This document shows, piece by piece, positions 46,184-57,000 of a DNA stretch of 64,000 nucleotides. Source of the DNA: an uncultured Candidatus Saccharibacteria bacterium. Lineage in GTDB: Bacteria; Patescibacteriota; Doudnabacteria; UBA920. The stretch lies in contig CAYYWQ010000001.1 of the NCBI GenBank assembly GCA_964474825.1, positions 1,033,606-1,097,605 on the forward strand, in the 5' to 3' direction. The translations under genes were made by a program, and so were the position numbers. The first letter of the stretch is position 1. Each line of letters opens with the position of its first letter. The notes beneath the pieces are model-generated. The model did not search any database. It was not told the origin of the DNA and was given only the letters and a program-made list of their open reading frames with translations.

Positions 46184-46966
46184 ATGCGGAGTTTCATTAA
46201 CGTCAGAATCGGCCGGCTCCCCGGTCGGATTTCGGAAATTGTGCTTAATGGCGACCGCACGGTCGCTACCGCGTTGATGACCGCCGGCCTGGACAGCGCT
46301 GGCTACGATATCCGGGTGCAGGGTGCACCCGCGAGCATGACAACCGGACTCAACGAGGGGGACATTGTCCTCCTCGTGAAGAAGATCAAGGGGAACGGCG
46401 GGATTGAGGGCGCAACCTTCGTTCACGTCGGCCGCGTCCCCGGACCCGGTCTTGTCCAGTTTGCACTGGATGAGCCCACGGTCTTCATGGCTTTGTCTGC
46501 CGCTGGTCTCAATCTGGGGCCGGATGAGGTGGTTTACCGCAACGACCAGCTTTCTTCCATCGGGGAACCGGTGGAAGACGGCGACAAGATCGTCGTCCGG
46601 CATCCGATGCCGGCGATGGTCGCGGCTTCGCCGGAATTGCCGTCCGGCTTGCACCAGACTGCGCCGGTAGTTTCTGCCACGTTCGATTTCTCGGCCGTGG
46701 TCGGCACCGACCCGGCCCAGCTCTGCTCCAGCGCGGAACGGCTGACCCGCGAAGCGGAGGAGCTCGAGGCGGGAGCTCGCGCCGCGCTCGCCAGCGCGGC
46801 CGAGAAGAAGGTTGCGGCCTCGGCCCATTGGGCCAAAGCCGCGGCTATCGAGACCGCCAACGAGGCGTTGGCAAATGCCAGCGCCCAGCTCGAAACCCTT
46901 GGGGTTATTCGCCCCAAGGGCGAAGGACGGTGGACTGATATCCGCCGCCTCTTCGGCCTCTCGTAG
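46184..46966 (+). CDS. Tandem ubiquitin-like (2x beta-grasp) protein with Ala-rich coiled-coil tail
   Basis: SD CAGGAG; Ubl1 ...TVATAL..AGL..IRVQG..LNEGDIVLLVKKIKGNGG; Ubl2 ...TVFMALSAAGL..VYRND..VEDGDKIVV. Confidence 0.78.
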   Translation: MRSFINVRIGRLPGRISEIVLNGDRTVATALMTAGLDSAGYDIRVQGAPASMTTGLNEGDIVLLVKKIKGNGGIEGATFVHVGRVPGPGLVQFALDEPTVFMALSAAGLNLGPDEVVYRNDQLSSIGEPVEDGDKIVVRHPMPAMVAASPELPSGLHQTAPVVSATFDFSAVVGTDPAQLCSSAERLTREAEELEAGARAALASAAEKKVAASAHWAKAAAIETANEALANASAQLETLGVIRPKGEGRWTDIRRLFGLS

Positions 46967-47376
46967 TAGACGAGGTGCGCGAAATTTTGTCACCGTCTTA
47001 GCAACAGATGGCGAGACAAGCAGGGGCAGACCTGCAAACATCAAATTAATAAAAAGGAAAATAAAAAAAGGTAAAAAAATAAATCTTCCCGCAAGGGTTG
47101 CCTGAAACCTTAAAGCACCACAGGCGTAAAAGCACGGGTACACTGATCGTAATGTCAACGAGTTTAATAAAATAGGTCTCTGCCACAAGGCGGAGGCCAT
47201 CGAGTCAAGAAGTAAATGGCAGGGTGATGCCCACCTGCCAGCCACGAAGTTGTGGCAAACAAAACGGGACAATGCACCAAGATTGGGGAGAGGTAGACTG
47301 CACACCTACCTTTCCTCTTTCCAATTTAGCGCACAAAATTTTTGTGAGCTGGATTGGGAGGTGAAGTATTAAAAAA

Positions 47377-47622
47377 TTACCAGAACTTCTTTGCCAGTTC
47401 TGCCAGCGCAAGCTGGAGGGCTGGGAAGATTACCGGCAGACGCACGAATGCGTCTGCGGAGCTAAGTACTTTGTCGTCTCGCATGACGACTTGTGTATGG
47501 CTCCGAGTTTGGCCCACGATGCCTTTGGTATTAAGGAAGAAGGCGCGGTCGAAGTCAGGGTCATCGAGAAGTTCGATGTCCTGACCGATGAAGGCCAGGT
47601 TCCGGAAGATGGGGATTGGCAA
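47377..47622 (-). CDS. Small hypothetical protein
   Basis: 81-aa ORF with protein-like composition; TTG start uncertain. Confidence 0.4.
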   Translation of the reverse strand: MPIPIFRNLAFIGQDIELLDDPDFDRAFFLNTKGIVGQTRSHTQVVMRDDKVLSSADAFVRLPVIFPALQLALAELAKKFW

Positions 47623-47918
47623 GACATGGTCTTTGCCCTTCCTAAAAAATAAAAAGCCCGGTTGGTGGACCGGTTAAATAAAACCGCTAAGCACTCAAAT
47701 TTGGGACGAGTGAGTTAACAGTCATTCGTCCCAAATTTATTTATTATTTATCTTCAATCACCTGCCGGAATGACGGCTTAAGAGTAGTTGGGGAGCTGTA
47801 TGGTTTAGCCAATTAATTTTGGTACAAATCTCTCTCCTCAAGCGGCTCCTTAATGCTTTTAAACTTTTCATTTCGGCAGTTGGGTGGAGGAAAAATAAAA
47901 AAAACAAAGGTGAACAAA

Positions 47919-48500
47919 ATGTTTAGTTGGTTGTTAAGATGGTTGAACTTGGACAAACCAACGGCCACAGGTGCGGCCGTTGAACAAGTGACGACAGAAG
48001 TTGCGGTCGTCGAAAAACCAAAAACGTCAGAGCCCCCGCCTGCCCCGCGGGAGGAGGCGGACCGGGACACGCATGTACTTAATTCCCAGTATCGCAGCAT
48101 TCGGCCGTTTGTGCCGGCGGCTGAAGTTCCCAAGGCCGTTGTGGCGGCGGATCTTGTGGAGTTTGAGGCTATTCCCGCTGGAGACGGGAAAACGGCGCCC
48201 GGGGATTGCCGACCGACGCGATTCCCCAATGGGGCGATCCTTGAGGTTGTCCAGAAAAGGGAGGGGGTAGTAATGGTGCGGTGCTATGTGCCGTACCACT
48301 ACACCAACAGGAGGTGGTGGCGGCCAGAAAAATTGATGGGTCAAATTTTTTTGATGCCAACAGAGAGATTTTGTTGGCTGGCCCAGCAGAAGTACCCGCC
48401 GGGCCACTGGGCTTTGCGGGACTACCGGGACGAGGTGGCCCGTCGGCAAGCTCAGGGCTTGCTGGATTACATCAACCTGCCCCCGCCTGGGGGCAAATAA
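47919..48500 (+). CDS. Hypothetical protein with N-terminal amphipathic helix
   Basis: SD-like AAGGTG before ATG47919; MFSWLLRWL, low-complexity linker, small beta domain. Confidence 0.6.
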   Translation: MFSWLLRWLNLDKPTATGAAVEQVTTEVAVVEKPKTSEPPPAPREEADRDTHVLNSQYRSIRPFVPAAEVPKAVVAADLVEFEAIPAGDGKTAPGDCRPTRFPNGAILEVVQKREGVVMVRCYVPYHYTNRRWWRPEKLMGQIFLMPTERFCWLAQQKYPPGHWALRDYRDEVARRQAQGLLDYINLPPPGGK

Positions 48501-48517
48501 ACGAAGCATTCAGTTTT

Positions 48518-48585
48518 GGCCGAAAGCACGCACTTTCGCTTTCGGCCACTTCTTTCAGATTACGACTCATGTCGCGGTCTGAAAG
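48518..48585 (+). repeat. Two-hairpin 3' element, copy 1
   Basis: First 48 nt match 50052-50099 at 44/48 positions. Confidence 0.8.
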
Positions 48586-48656
48586 TTGTCGAGGTTATAG
48601 TTTGGAACATCTGCTTTGTGAGCGCCCTTGCTTGGTAGATGTTCCGCATTTTGGCC

Positions 48657-48685
48657 TTGACAATAACAGTAGTTTGTGATAAATT
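48657..48685 (+). promoter_or_regulatory. sigma70-type promoter
   Basis: TTGACA-17-TAAATT with TGn extension; hairpin plus T-tract follows at 48711-48737. Confidence 0.55.
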
Positions 48686-48789
48686 AAGTAGTTAAAACTT
48701 AATATTTCTCAAGGGCGCATTTTGCGCCCTTTTTTTGTTTGCCTTTTTCTTTTAGCCCGCAGTGATGGCGGGTTGGAAGAAGGAGGAAT

Positions 48790-49104
48790 ATGGATAAGAG
48801 TGTTTTTGGATTTGTGTCCGCCTTTTTGGTGGACTCGGGATACAACTTGGAATGGAAAACCCAGGAAGGGCGGACATTCGAGGTTTCCGGTGACCCCAGG
48901 TTTCCGGAAATGTATTACGAGGTTTTTGATTCGGCCAAAAAGGTGATCCGTAAGCAGGAAGCGGATTTTGCTTTTGAGGCCGCTTCAGGAGATTTTTTTC
49001 TCTTTCTTTTCTCCGGCGAGGAGAAGAAAGGAGAGTCTTTGTCCAGGGAGCAATTTTTGGACCAGGTGCAGAATCGGTTCCCGGCATTTGTCCGGATCCG
49101 ATAG
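48790..49104 (+). CDS. Hypothetical protein
   Basis: Strong SD AAGGAGGA, ATG, 104 aa. Confidence 0.65.
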   Translation: MDKSVFGFVSAFLVDSGYNLEWKTQEGRTFEVSGDPRFPEMYYEVFDSAKKVIRKQEADFAFEAASGDFFLFLFSGEEKKGESLSREQFLDQVQNRFPAFVRIR

Positions 49105-49163
49105 GCTAAGATGCTGGTACATAATTTAAAGAAGAAAGCAATTTGAGAAAAGAAGGAGAGGTT

Positions 49164-50027
49164 TTGACTGTGCCGCGAAAAAAAGGGCCGCAGGCTAAAC
49201 AGAAACAGCGGGAGGCCGACGAACGGCGCAAAAAAGGTACGGCCAAACCGGCTAATGAGTCGGCAAGGGCGTATCTTAACAACAAGGAAATGGCGATGCC
49301 GCTCGACAAGCTGCATCAATATCTTCGTGACAAGAAGGGGTTTAATGTTTCCAGGGCGACCGCCTGGCGCGCCAAAAGGACGGGGTATTTTTATCCGCAA
49401 CACGTGCCGACGTTTGGCGCTAAGCGGATTAAATTGACCCTGGATGAGAGGTCTGCTTCGGTGGATTTTTTGGTCAAGCGGTTTGGCTTTACCCGTCAAA
49501 CCGCCCGGGAAGCCAAGCGGCGTGGGTGGTTTACGGTCGACGTGAACACACGCGGCCGTATTAGGATTCCGGCAGACCGTTATGTTCCGCCGGCGGAGCT
49601 CAAACCTGAGCTGGTGGTGGAAAGGGTAGACCTCACTCAGGAGGAGAGGCAGGCTTTTCCGGATTTTTTGGCAAAGCGGTTCGGGATTTCCCGTCGTACC
49701 GCCGCGGTAGCCAAGGAGCGCGGCTGGTTCAAAGTTTTGCCCGCAATGAGGGGGAAGCTGCGAATTCCCAATGACCGCAAAATGCCGAGCATTTTCCCGG
49801 GGAAAAAGGTGGAGCTGACCACCTCGGAAATGCAGACCAGCCTGGATTTCTTGGTTAATCGGTTCGGCATTCACCGCACTACTGCCGCGGTAGCCAAGGA
49901 GCGGGGGTTCTTTATTGTCATGTCGCAACATATGGGCAAGACAAGGATTCCCGTGAATCGAGTGGTGGGCATGGATGAGACGCGGTATTTCCGTCGCGGC
50001 CGGCCCCCAAAGCCTGGAAAAAAATAA
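49164..50027 (+). CDS. Basic tandem-repeat HTH-like protein with C-terminal AT-hook
   Basis: Four repeats of type DFLxxRFGIxRxTAxxAKxRGWF; tail RRGRPPK; start TTG49164 or GTG49170 after SD AAGGAG. Confidence 0.75.
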   Translation: MTVPRKKGPQAKQKQREADERRKKGTAKPANESARAYLNNKEMAMPLDKLHQYLRDKKGFNVSRATAWRAKRTGYFYPQHVPTFGAKRIKLTLDERSASVDFLVKRFGFTRQTAREAKRRGWFTVDVNTRGRIRIPADRYVPPAELKPELVVERVDLTQEERQAFPDFLAKRFGISRRTAAVAKERGWFKVLPAMRGKLRIPNDRKMPSIFPGKKVELTTSEMQTSLDFLVNRFGIHRTTAAVAKERGFFIVMSQHMGKTRIPVNRVVGMDETRYFRRGRPPKPGKK

Positions 50028-50051
50028 GGAGGGGGCATGAGACTTGCAGCA

Positions 50052-50121
50052 GGCCGAGAGCACGCACTTTCGCTTTCGGCCATTTCTTTTAGAATACGAT
50101 AAGTATCGTGACCTGAAAGAA
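50052..50121 (+). repeat. Two-hairpin 3' element, copy 2
   Basis: See 48518-48585. Confidence 0.8.
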
Positions 50122-50131
50122 GTTCTAGTAC

Positions 50132-50159
50132 TTGACAAACCCCCAATTCGTGCTATATT
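50132..50159 (+). promoter_or_regulatory. Probable rpoBC promoter
   Basis: TTGACA-16-TATATT with TGn extension. Confidence 0.6.
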
Positions 50160-50398
50160 AGGTATACACATTGCACGATTTGGGGATGATATGTGCGCTT
50201 CCGATTCACCCGCTTTAGGCGTAAATATCGGATAAAATAATAAAACCTTAGACCGAAAACATTAAGTTTTCGGTAGGGTTAGTTTGTCGCCAGTTTTTAT
50301 TTTAATGGTAAAAAATCTGATAAACTCTTAATTTTAATAATACCTTTTATTTAAGCCATAAAAGGTATATTTTTAGTGTCTCTGCAACTTTCTTTTGT

Positions 50399-50492
50399 TG
50401 TCATCCCGAGCGACTGCTGAGTGCATCCGAAGCAGGAGTCGAGGGATCCCTCCACTCGCCCTCGGATGCACTCGGGCTCGGTCGGGATGACA
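50399..50492. repeat. REP/MITE-like palindromic element
   Basis: Terminal IR TGTCATCCCGA...TCGGGATGACA plus internal IR GAGTGCATCCGA/TCGGATGCACTC. Confidence 0.7.
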
Positions 50493-50550
50493 TCTGTAAA
50501 AATTTTTAATTTTTGTTTGTCAATTAATCAACTAATTAAAGGATATATAA

Positions 50551-53500
50551 ATGCCCGCCAAAGCATCAAACGTCGCCTTAGCTAAGCCTGAGCGCAAAAT
50601 CGTCCGCAAGTTTTTTACCAAAGACCACGAAACCAAGTTGCTACCCAACCTTATAGAGGTGCAGCTCGACTCTTATAAATGGTTTTTGGAAAAAGGCCTT
50701 AAAGAACTTTTAGGGGAAGTTACTCCTATTAGAGACTTTACTGGCAAGAATTTAGAATTGTTCTTTGGCGATTACTTTTTTGACAAAACCAAGTACGACG
50801 AATTCCTTTCCCGCGAACGCAACACCACTTTTGAAGCTCCTTTGTACGTGAGCGCTAAGCTTATTAACAAAGTTACGGGCAAAACGAAAACTCAAGACGT
50901 TTACTTTGGCGATTTTCCTTTAATGACCCCGCGCGGAACTTTTATAATCAACGGTGTAGAACGCGTTGTAGTTAACCAGCTTATAAAATCCCCGGGTGTA
51001 TTTTTTACTTCGGAAAATGTCCGCGGAAAAGTTTTGTACGGCGCGAAAATTATTCCTAACCGCGGCGCATGGCTGGAACTAGACACTGACAGCAGCGGCG
51101 TTATTGGCGTAAAAATAGACCGCAAACGCAGAATTCCTATTACAGCTTTAATCCGCGTGTTTGGTTTAACTTCTAACGAAGACATTTTAGCCGCTTTTAA
51201 AGATGTAGACACAGACCCGGACGTAAAATACATTCAATCCACTTTAGAAAAAGACGCTTCCACTAACGCAGACGAAGGTTTTAAAGAAGTTTATAAAAGA
51301 ATCCGCCCGGGAGACTTAGCCACAGTAGACAACGCTAAATCCCTCATCAGTGGTATGTTCTTTAACCTAGAAAGATACGATCTTTCCCCGGTTGGCCGCT
51401 ACAAATTTAACCAACGCTTGCATATAGACGAAAGCCGCGACAACGCACTGCTTCTTTTGGAAGATTTGCTCGCGGTTGTTAAAGAAGTTATTCGTTTAAA
51501 CAACACCCAAGAAACTCCGGACGACATTGACCACTTAGCCAACCGCCGCGTGCGCGCCGTGGGTGAATTAATCCAAACTCGCTTCCGCGTAGGTCTTGCT
51601 CGTATGGCCCGTATTGCCAAAGACAGAATGAGCTTGGCGGATTTAGAAAGCGTAACTCCGGCTCAGCTTATTCATGTCCGTCCTATTGTGGCCACTATGC
51701 AGGAATTCTTTTCCTCTTCCCAGTTGTCACAATTTATGGACCAAACAAATCCTTTGGCCGAACTGGAACACAAAAGAAGGCTCAGTGCCATGGGCCCTGG
51801 TGGTCTTAGCCGTGAACGCGCTGGGTTTGAAGTTCGTGACGTGCACCATAGCCATTACGGCAGGCTTTGCCCAATCACCACTCCTGAAGGACCAAACATT
51901 GGTTTGGTTGCCCACTTGGCTACTTATGCCAGAGTAAATGATTTTGGTTTTATTGAAACTCCTTACCGAAAAGTTAAAAAGGTCGCCAAGAACGACGGCA
52001 AAGACGCGGTAGGGGAAATTGCTTCGTTCGATATTAAAGACGAAAAAGGTAATGTTATTGTAGCTGCCGGAGCGGAAATTTCTGCTACCGCTGCCAAAGA
52101 AATTGCCAAGAACGAACAACTTTTGGAAGTTCCGGTTAAAGCCCGTGTTCTGTTTTCCGAAGTAATGTATTTGGATGCTTTTGAAGAAGAAGAGCTTATT
52201 ATTGGTGCGGCCGGTATTGCCTTTGACGAAAAAGGTTACTTTATAGAGCAGCGTGCTTCTGTAAGACTGCACACAGTGCCAAGTATTGCCGCCACTTCCG
52301 AAATAGACTGCATAGACGTGTCCCCAAAACAAATTATTTCCGTAACCACCTCCCTCATTCCATTCTTGGAACACGATGATGCTAACCGTGCGTTAATGGG
52401 CAGCAACATGCAACGTCAGGCCGTGTCCTGCATTAAGCCGGACGCGCCTTTAGTGGGTACTGGTATGGAAGCCAAAGCCGCGCGCGACAGCGGCACGGTT
52501 GTAGTTTCCGAAGAAGACGGGGAAGTTGTTTCTGTAACCGGCGACAAGATTGTAGTTGTTGGCGACAAAGGCAAAAAGAAAGAGTATCACTTATTAAAAT
52601 TTTTACGTACCAACTCAGCCACGGCTGTTAACCAAATCCCTAGAGTAAACAAAGGCCAAAAAGTTAAGAAAGGCGATTTGCTCGCAGACGGCGCCTCCAC
52701 CGAAGACGGAGAATTGGCTTTGGGACAAAACGTTTTAGTGGCTTTCCTTTCCTGGGAAGGTGGTAACTATGAAGATGCTATTTTGGTTTCTGAGCGCGTA
52801 GTTCAGCAGGACCGCTACAGCTCCATTCATATAGATGACTTTAAAATAGACGTGCGCGACACAAAACTCGGGCCCGAACAAGTTACCCGAGACATTCCTA
52901 ATGTTGGTGAAGAAAAGTTAAAAGACTTAGACGAAAACGGAGTCATCCGCATTGGCGCGCAAATTAAATCCGGTGACATTTTAGTCGGTAAAATTACGCC
53001 AAAAGGTGAGACCGATTTAACCGCAGAAGAAAAACTGCTTCGCGTAATTTTTGGTGAAAAATCCAGGGACGTAAAAGACACTTCCCTTACGCTTCCTCAC
53101 GGTGAATACGGAAAAGTTGTTAACATCCGCGAATTTACCAGGCAGGCCGGGGACAAATTACCTTCCGGTGTTATTCGAAGCATTCAGGTTTCTGTTGCTG
53201 TGCTTAGGAAAATCCAGGTAGGGGATAAAATGGCCGGACGCCACGGTAACAAAGGTGTTATTTCAAAAATTATTCCAGTTGAAGACTTGCCATTCATGAA
53301 AGACGGCCGCGCCGTGGACATTGTCTTAAACCCGCTTGGTGTTGTGTCCCGTATGAACCTGGGACAAATTTTGGAAACCCATTTGGGTATGGCCGCTTAT
53401 AAACTCGGCTACCATGTGGCTACTCCCGTTTTAGACGGAGTCACAGAAGGCGAAATTAAATCGGAACTCAATCGTGCCGGCGTGCCGGAAGACGGTAAAG

Positions 53501-54045
53501 TTGTTTTGTACGACGGAAAAACCGGCGAGGCTTTTGACGAAAAAGTTACGGTTGGTGTTATGTACATGTTAAAACTCCACCACTTAGTAGACGACAAAAT
53601 GCATGCCCGCTCAACCGGTCCGTACAGCTTAATTACCCAGCAGCCACTTGGTGGTAAAGCGCAGTTCGGTGGACAACGTTTTGGAGAAATGGAAGTCTGG
53701 GCTTTGGAAGGTTATGGCGCGGCTCACACTTTGCAGGAAATGTTGACCATAAAATCCGACGACGTAGTCGGCAGAAGCAAAACCTACGAAGCTATTGTTA
53801 AAGGCGAACCAATTAAGAAGCCAAACATTCCGGAAAGTTTCCGTGTTTTAGTTAAAGAATTACAAAGTTTAGGATTAGACGTAGAGCTGCTGGGAGCCGA
53901 CGGCAGCATAACTACTGCGGCGCAGGAACAGGAAATAGTAGTGCCGGGCGGCATGCAAATGCCATCCGCTGTCCCTGACCTTTCTCTGTTTGAGGATGAG
54001 CCAAAGAAAGAGAAAAAGTATAAAAAGGAGAAAAAAAGTAAATAG
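50551..54045 (+). CDS. rpoB: RNA polymerase beta subunit
   Basis: [54 protein letters not shown]. Confidence 0.99.
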   Translation: MPAKASNVALAKPERKIVRKFFTKDHETKLLPNLIEVQLDSYKWFLEKGLKELLGEVTPIRDFTGKNLELFFGDYFFDKTKYDEFLSRERNTTFEAPLYVSAKLINKVTGKTKTQDVYFGDFPLMTPRGTFIINGVERVVVNQLIKSPGVFFTSENVRGKVLYGAKIIPNRGAWLELDTDSSGVIGVKIDRKRRIPITALIRVFGLTSNEDILAAFKDVDTDPDVKYIQSTLEKDASTNADEGFKEVYKRIRPGDLATVDNAKSLISGMFFNLERYDLSPVGRYKFNQRLHIDESRDNALLLLEDLLAVVKEVIRLNNTQETPDDIDHLANRRVRAVGELIQTRFRVGLARMARIAKDRMSLADLESVTPAQLIHVRPIVATMQEFFSSSQLSQFMDQTNPLAELEHKRRLSAMGPGGLSRERAGFEVRDVHHSHYGRLCPITTPEGPNIGLVAHLATYARVNDFGFIETPYRKVKKVAKNDGKDAVGEIASFDIKDEKGNVIVAAGAEISATAAKEIAKNEQLLEVPVKARVLFSEVMYLDAFEEEELIIGAAGIAFDEKGYFIEQRASVRLHTVPSIAATSEIDCIDVSPKQIISVTTSLIPFLEHDDANRALMGSNMQRQAVSCIKPDAPLVGTGMEAKAARDSGTVVVSEEDGEVVSVTGDKIVVVGDKGKKKEYHLLKFLRTNSATAVNQIPRVNKGQKVKKGDLLADGASTEDGELALGQNVLVAFLSWEGGNYEDAILVSERVVQQDRYSSIHIDDFKIDVRDTKLGPEQVTRDIPNVGEEKLKDLDENGVIRIGAQIKSGDILVGKITPKGETDLTAEEKLLRVIFGEKSRDVKDTSLTLPHGEYGKVVNIREFTRQAGDKLPSGVIRSIQVSVAVLRKIQVGDKMAGRHGNKGVISKIIPVEDLPFMKDGRAVDIVLNPLGVVSRMNLGQILETHLGMAAYKLGYHVATPVLDGVTEGEIKSELNRAGVPEDGKVVLYDGKTGEAFDEKVTVGVMYMLKLHHLVDDKMHARSTGPYSLITQQPLGGKAQFGGQRFGEMEVWALEGYGAAHTLQEMLTIKSDDVVGRSKTYEAIVKGEPIKKPNIPESFRVLVKELQSLGLDVELLGADGSITTAAQEQEIVVPGGMQMPSAVPDLSLFEDEPKKEKKYKKEKKSK

Positions 54046-54097
54046 CGATAAGGCAATAGTCAATCTAAGAACTTATCACTAATCACTATATACAATT

Positions 54098-57000
54098 ATG
54101 TTAACTCAAACAGAAGATTTCAAAGGTGTCCGCATTAAACTGGCCAGCCCGGAAACCATTATGCAATGGTCTCACGGCGAAGTTACCAAGCCGGAAACCA
54201 TTAACTATAGAACACAGCGTCCGGAAAAAGACGGTCTTTTTGACGAGAAAATTTTTGGTCCTATTAAAGACTGGGAATGTTACTGTGGTAAATACAAGCG
54301 CATTCGCTACAAGGGGATTGTTTGCGACAAGTGTGGCGTAGAAGTTACAAAATCCAGTGTGCGCCGTGAACGCATGGGCCACATTAAACTGGCTGTGCCT
54401 GTTGGCCACATTTGGTTTTTGCGCGGCGTTCCTTCCCGCTTAGGGTTGGTGCTTGATTTAGGCGTGCAGGAATTGGAAAAAGTTGTTTATTTTGCTTCCT
54501 ATATTATTACAGAAGTAGATGAAGAATCCAGGCTGCAGACTTTGGAGCAGATTGAACGCGAATTTAAGGCTAAGAAAAAAGAAATAGAAGACAAGTTTGA
54601 AACTTTAATTGCCAAGACCAGAACCGCAGTCCAGCAAAAAGCCGGCAACAAAGACAAAGATTTGGTTGCCGCGGAAATTGATTCTGAAGTTACTAGACTC
54701 AAAGACGCCTGGAGCAAAGAACTGGAAGCTTTGGAAACCATTCGCGACCAAGCCCGCTCTGAACTTAAAGCCATTAGAAAAATGCAGGTTATTAGCGAAC
54801 TGCAATACCGCGACTTGTCTTTAAAATACGGACCGGTGTTTAGCGCTGGTATTGGCGCCGAAGCTTTAAAAGGACTTTTAGAACAAACTAATTTAGAACA
54901 GCTGGCTCAGGACTTGCAAACTAGTTTGCCGGAACTTGAAGGCCAGGCAGAACGCAAAGTTTTAAAGCGCCTTAAATTAATAAAATCTTTAATCAATGCA
55001 GGACTCCGCCCGGAATGGATGTTAATTACCATGCTGCCGGTTATTCCTCCGGATTTGCGCCCTATGGTGCAGTTGGACGGTGGCCGTTTTGCCGCATCTG
55101 ACTTAAACGATTTATATCGCCGCGTCATTAACCGTAACAACCGCTTAAAGAAACTTTTGGAAATTAAAGCTCCGGAAGTTATTACCAGAAACGAAAAAAG
55201 AATGCTCCAGGAAGCTGTGGACGCGCTTATCGACAACAGCATTCGCCACGGTAAAGAAGTAACGGCGTCAACTGGGCAAAAAAGAAAACTGCGTTCCTTG
55301 GCAGACATGCTTAAAGGTAAGCAGGGTCGTTTCCGTCAGAACCTTTTGGGTAAACGCGTAGACTATTCCGGACGTTCCGTAATTGTCGTAGGTCCTCACT
55401 TAAAATTACACCAGTGTGGTTTGCCGAAAATGATGGCCTTGGAATTATTCAAACCATTTGTTATTTCCAAATTAATTGCCCGCGAATACGCGCATAACGT
55501 AAGAAGCGCTAACCGCCTTATTGAACAGGCTCGCACTGAAGTTTACGACATCTTGGAAGAAGTTACCAAAGACCACTACGTATTACTTAACCGCGCTCCA
55601 ACCCTGCACCGCTTAGGTTTCCAGGCGTTCCAGCCGGTATTAATAGAAGGAAAAGCCATTCAGCTTCACCCCATGGTCTGTGCCGCTTTTAACGCTGACT
55701 TTGACGGTGACCAAATGGCCGTACACGTGCCCCTTACCGAACTTGCGCAAAAAGAAGCGCGCGAAATTATGGTCTCTGCCCATAACTTGCTTAAGCCTGC
55801 CAGTGGCGACCCGGTTATGACTCCTGACAAAGACGTAGTTGTAGGCTGTTACTATATTACCCGTATGCACCCAGGTGTTAAGGGCGAAGGAAAAATTTTC
55901 AGCAGCCCCGGCGAAGCCATAATGGCTTACAATAACAAGTATGTCCACATCCAGGCCAAAATTAAAGTTCGTTTGGAAAATGGCGAAATGGTGGAAACTT
56001 GTGTTGGCCGCTTAATTTTTAACAAAGTTGTACCTCCGGAACTAGGGTTCCGCAATGAAAATTTTGACAAAAAGAAACTCCAGGCTTTGGTCCGCGAAGC
56101 TCACCGCGCATTGGGCAACGAACGTACCGCGGAATTAATCGACGAAATTAAGCGCACGGGTTTTTACTACATGAAGCAGTCCGGTTTGTCCTGGGGTATG
56201 GATGACTTAATGGTTCCCCAAAGCAAGCACGCATTGTTCTTGGAAGCGGACAAAGAAGTAGACGCTACTTACCAGCAATACCGTGAAGGTCTTTTGACTG
56301 AAGAAGAACGCAAAAACCGCGTGGTGGAAATTTGGGCAGACATTTCTGAACAAATTGCCAAGAGTGTTACCGGCACAGTTACGGAATACGGTTCGGTTAA
56401 CTATTTCGTATCTTCCGGTGCTCGTGGTAGTTTTTCCCAAATTACCCAAATGTCCGGTATGAAAGGCTTGGTGGTAAACCCGGCCGGAGACGTTATTGAA
56501 CTTCCTGTTAAAGGCAGCTTTAAAGAAGGTCTGGCTGTGTTGGAATACTTTATTTCCACTCACGGTTCCCGAAAAGGTATGTCCGACACCGCTTTAAGAA
56601 CTGCCGATGCCGGTTACTTAACAAGACGTTTAGTAGACGTAGCCCAGGACATTGTTATTAACGCGGAAGACTGCGGTACGGAAGAATTTGATTACATTAC
56701 TTTGGAAGACAGCAAGAAAATGGGTAAACCATTTGACCGCCGTTTGTTCGGCCGCGTGTCCGCGGAAACAGCCAAAGACAAAGACGGTAATGTCCTAATA
56801 GAAAAAAACCAGGGCATAGACGACCAACAGGCAAAGGCTATTGTGGAAGCCGGCCTTACGGAATTAAAATGCCGCAGCGTGCTTAAGTGCAAACTGTCAC
56901 GCGGTATTTGCCGCTTGTGCTATGGTTACGACTTGGGTTTTAACGACATGGTCAAATCCGGAGCTGCCGTGGGAATTGTGGCCGCCCAGGCCATTGGTGA

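Noticed and set aside
46019-47305. 428-aa minus-strand ORF
   Set aside because: Antisense shadow of the GC-rich Ubl gene; no motifs, implausible composition.
48518-50121. Direct repeats as integron attC, prophage att sites or CRISPR repeats
   Set aside because: Only two copies 1.5 kb apart, no RYYYAAC/GTTRRRY ends, and no integrase or cas gene in the window.
48915-50171. 418-aa minus-strand ORF
   Set aside because: Antisense shadow of the repeat protein, whose repeats are coherent on the plus strand.
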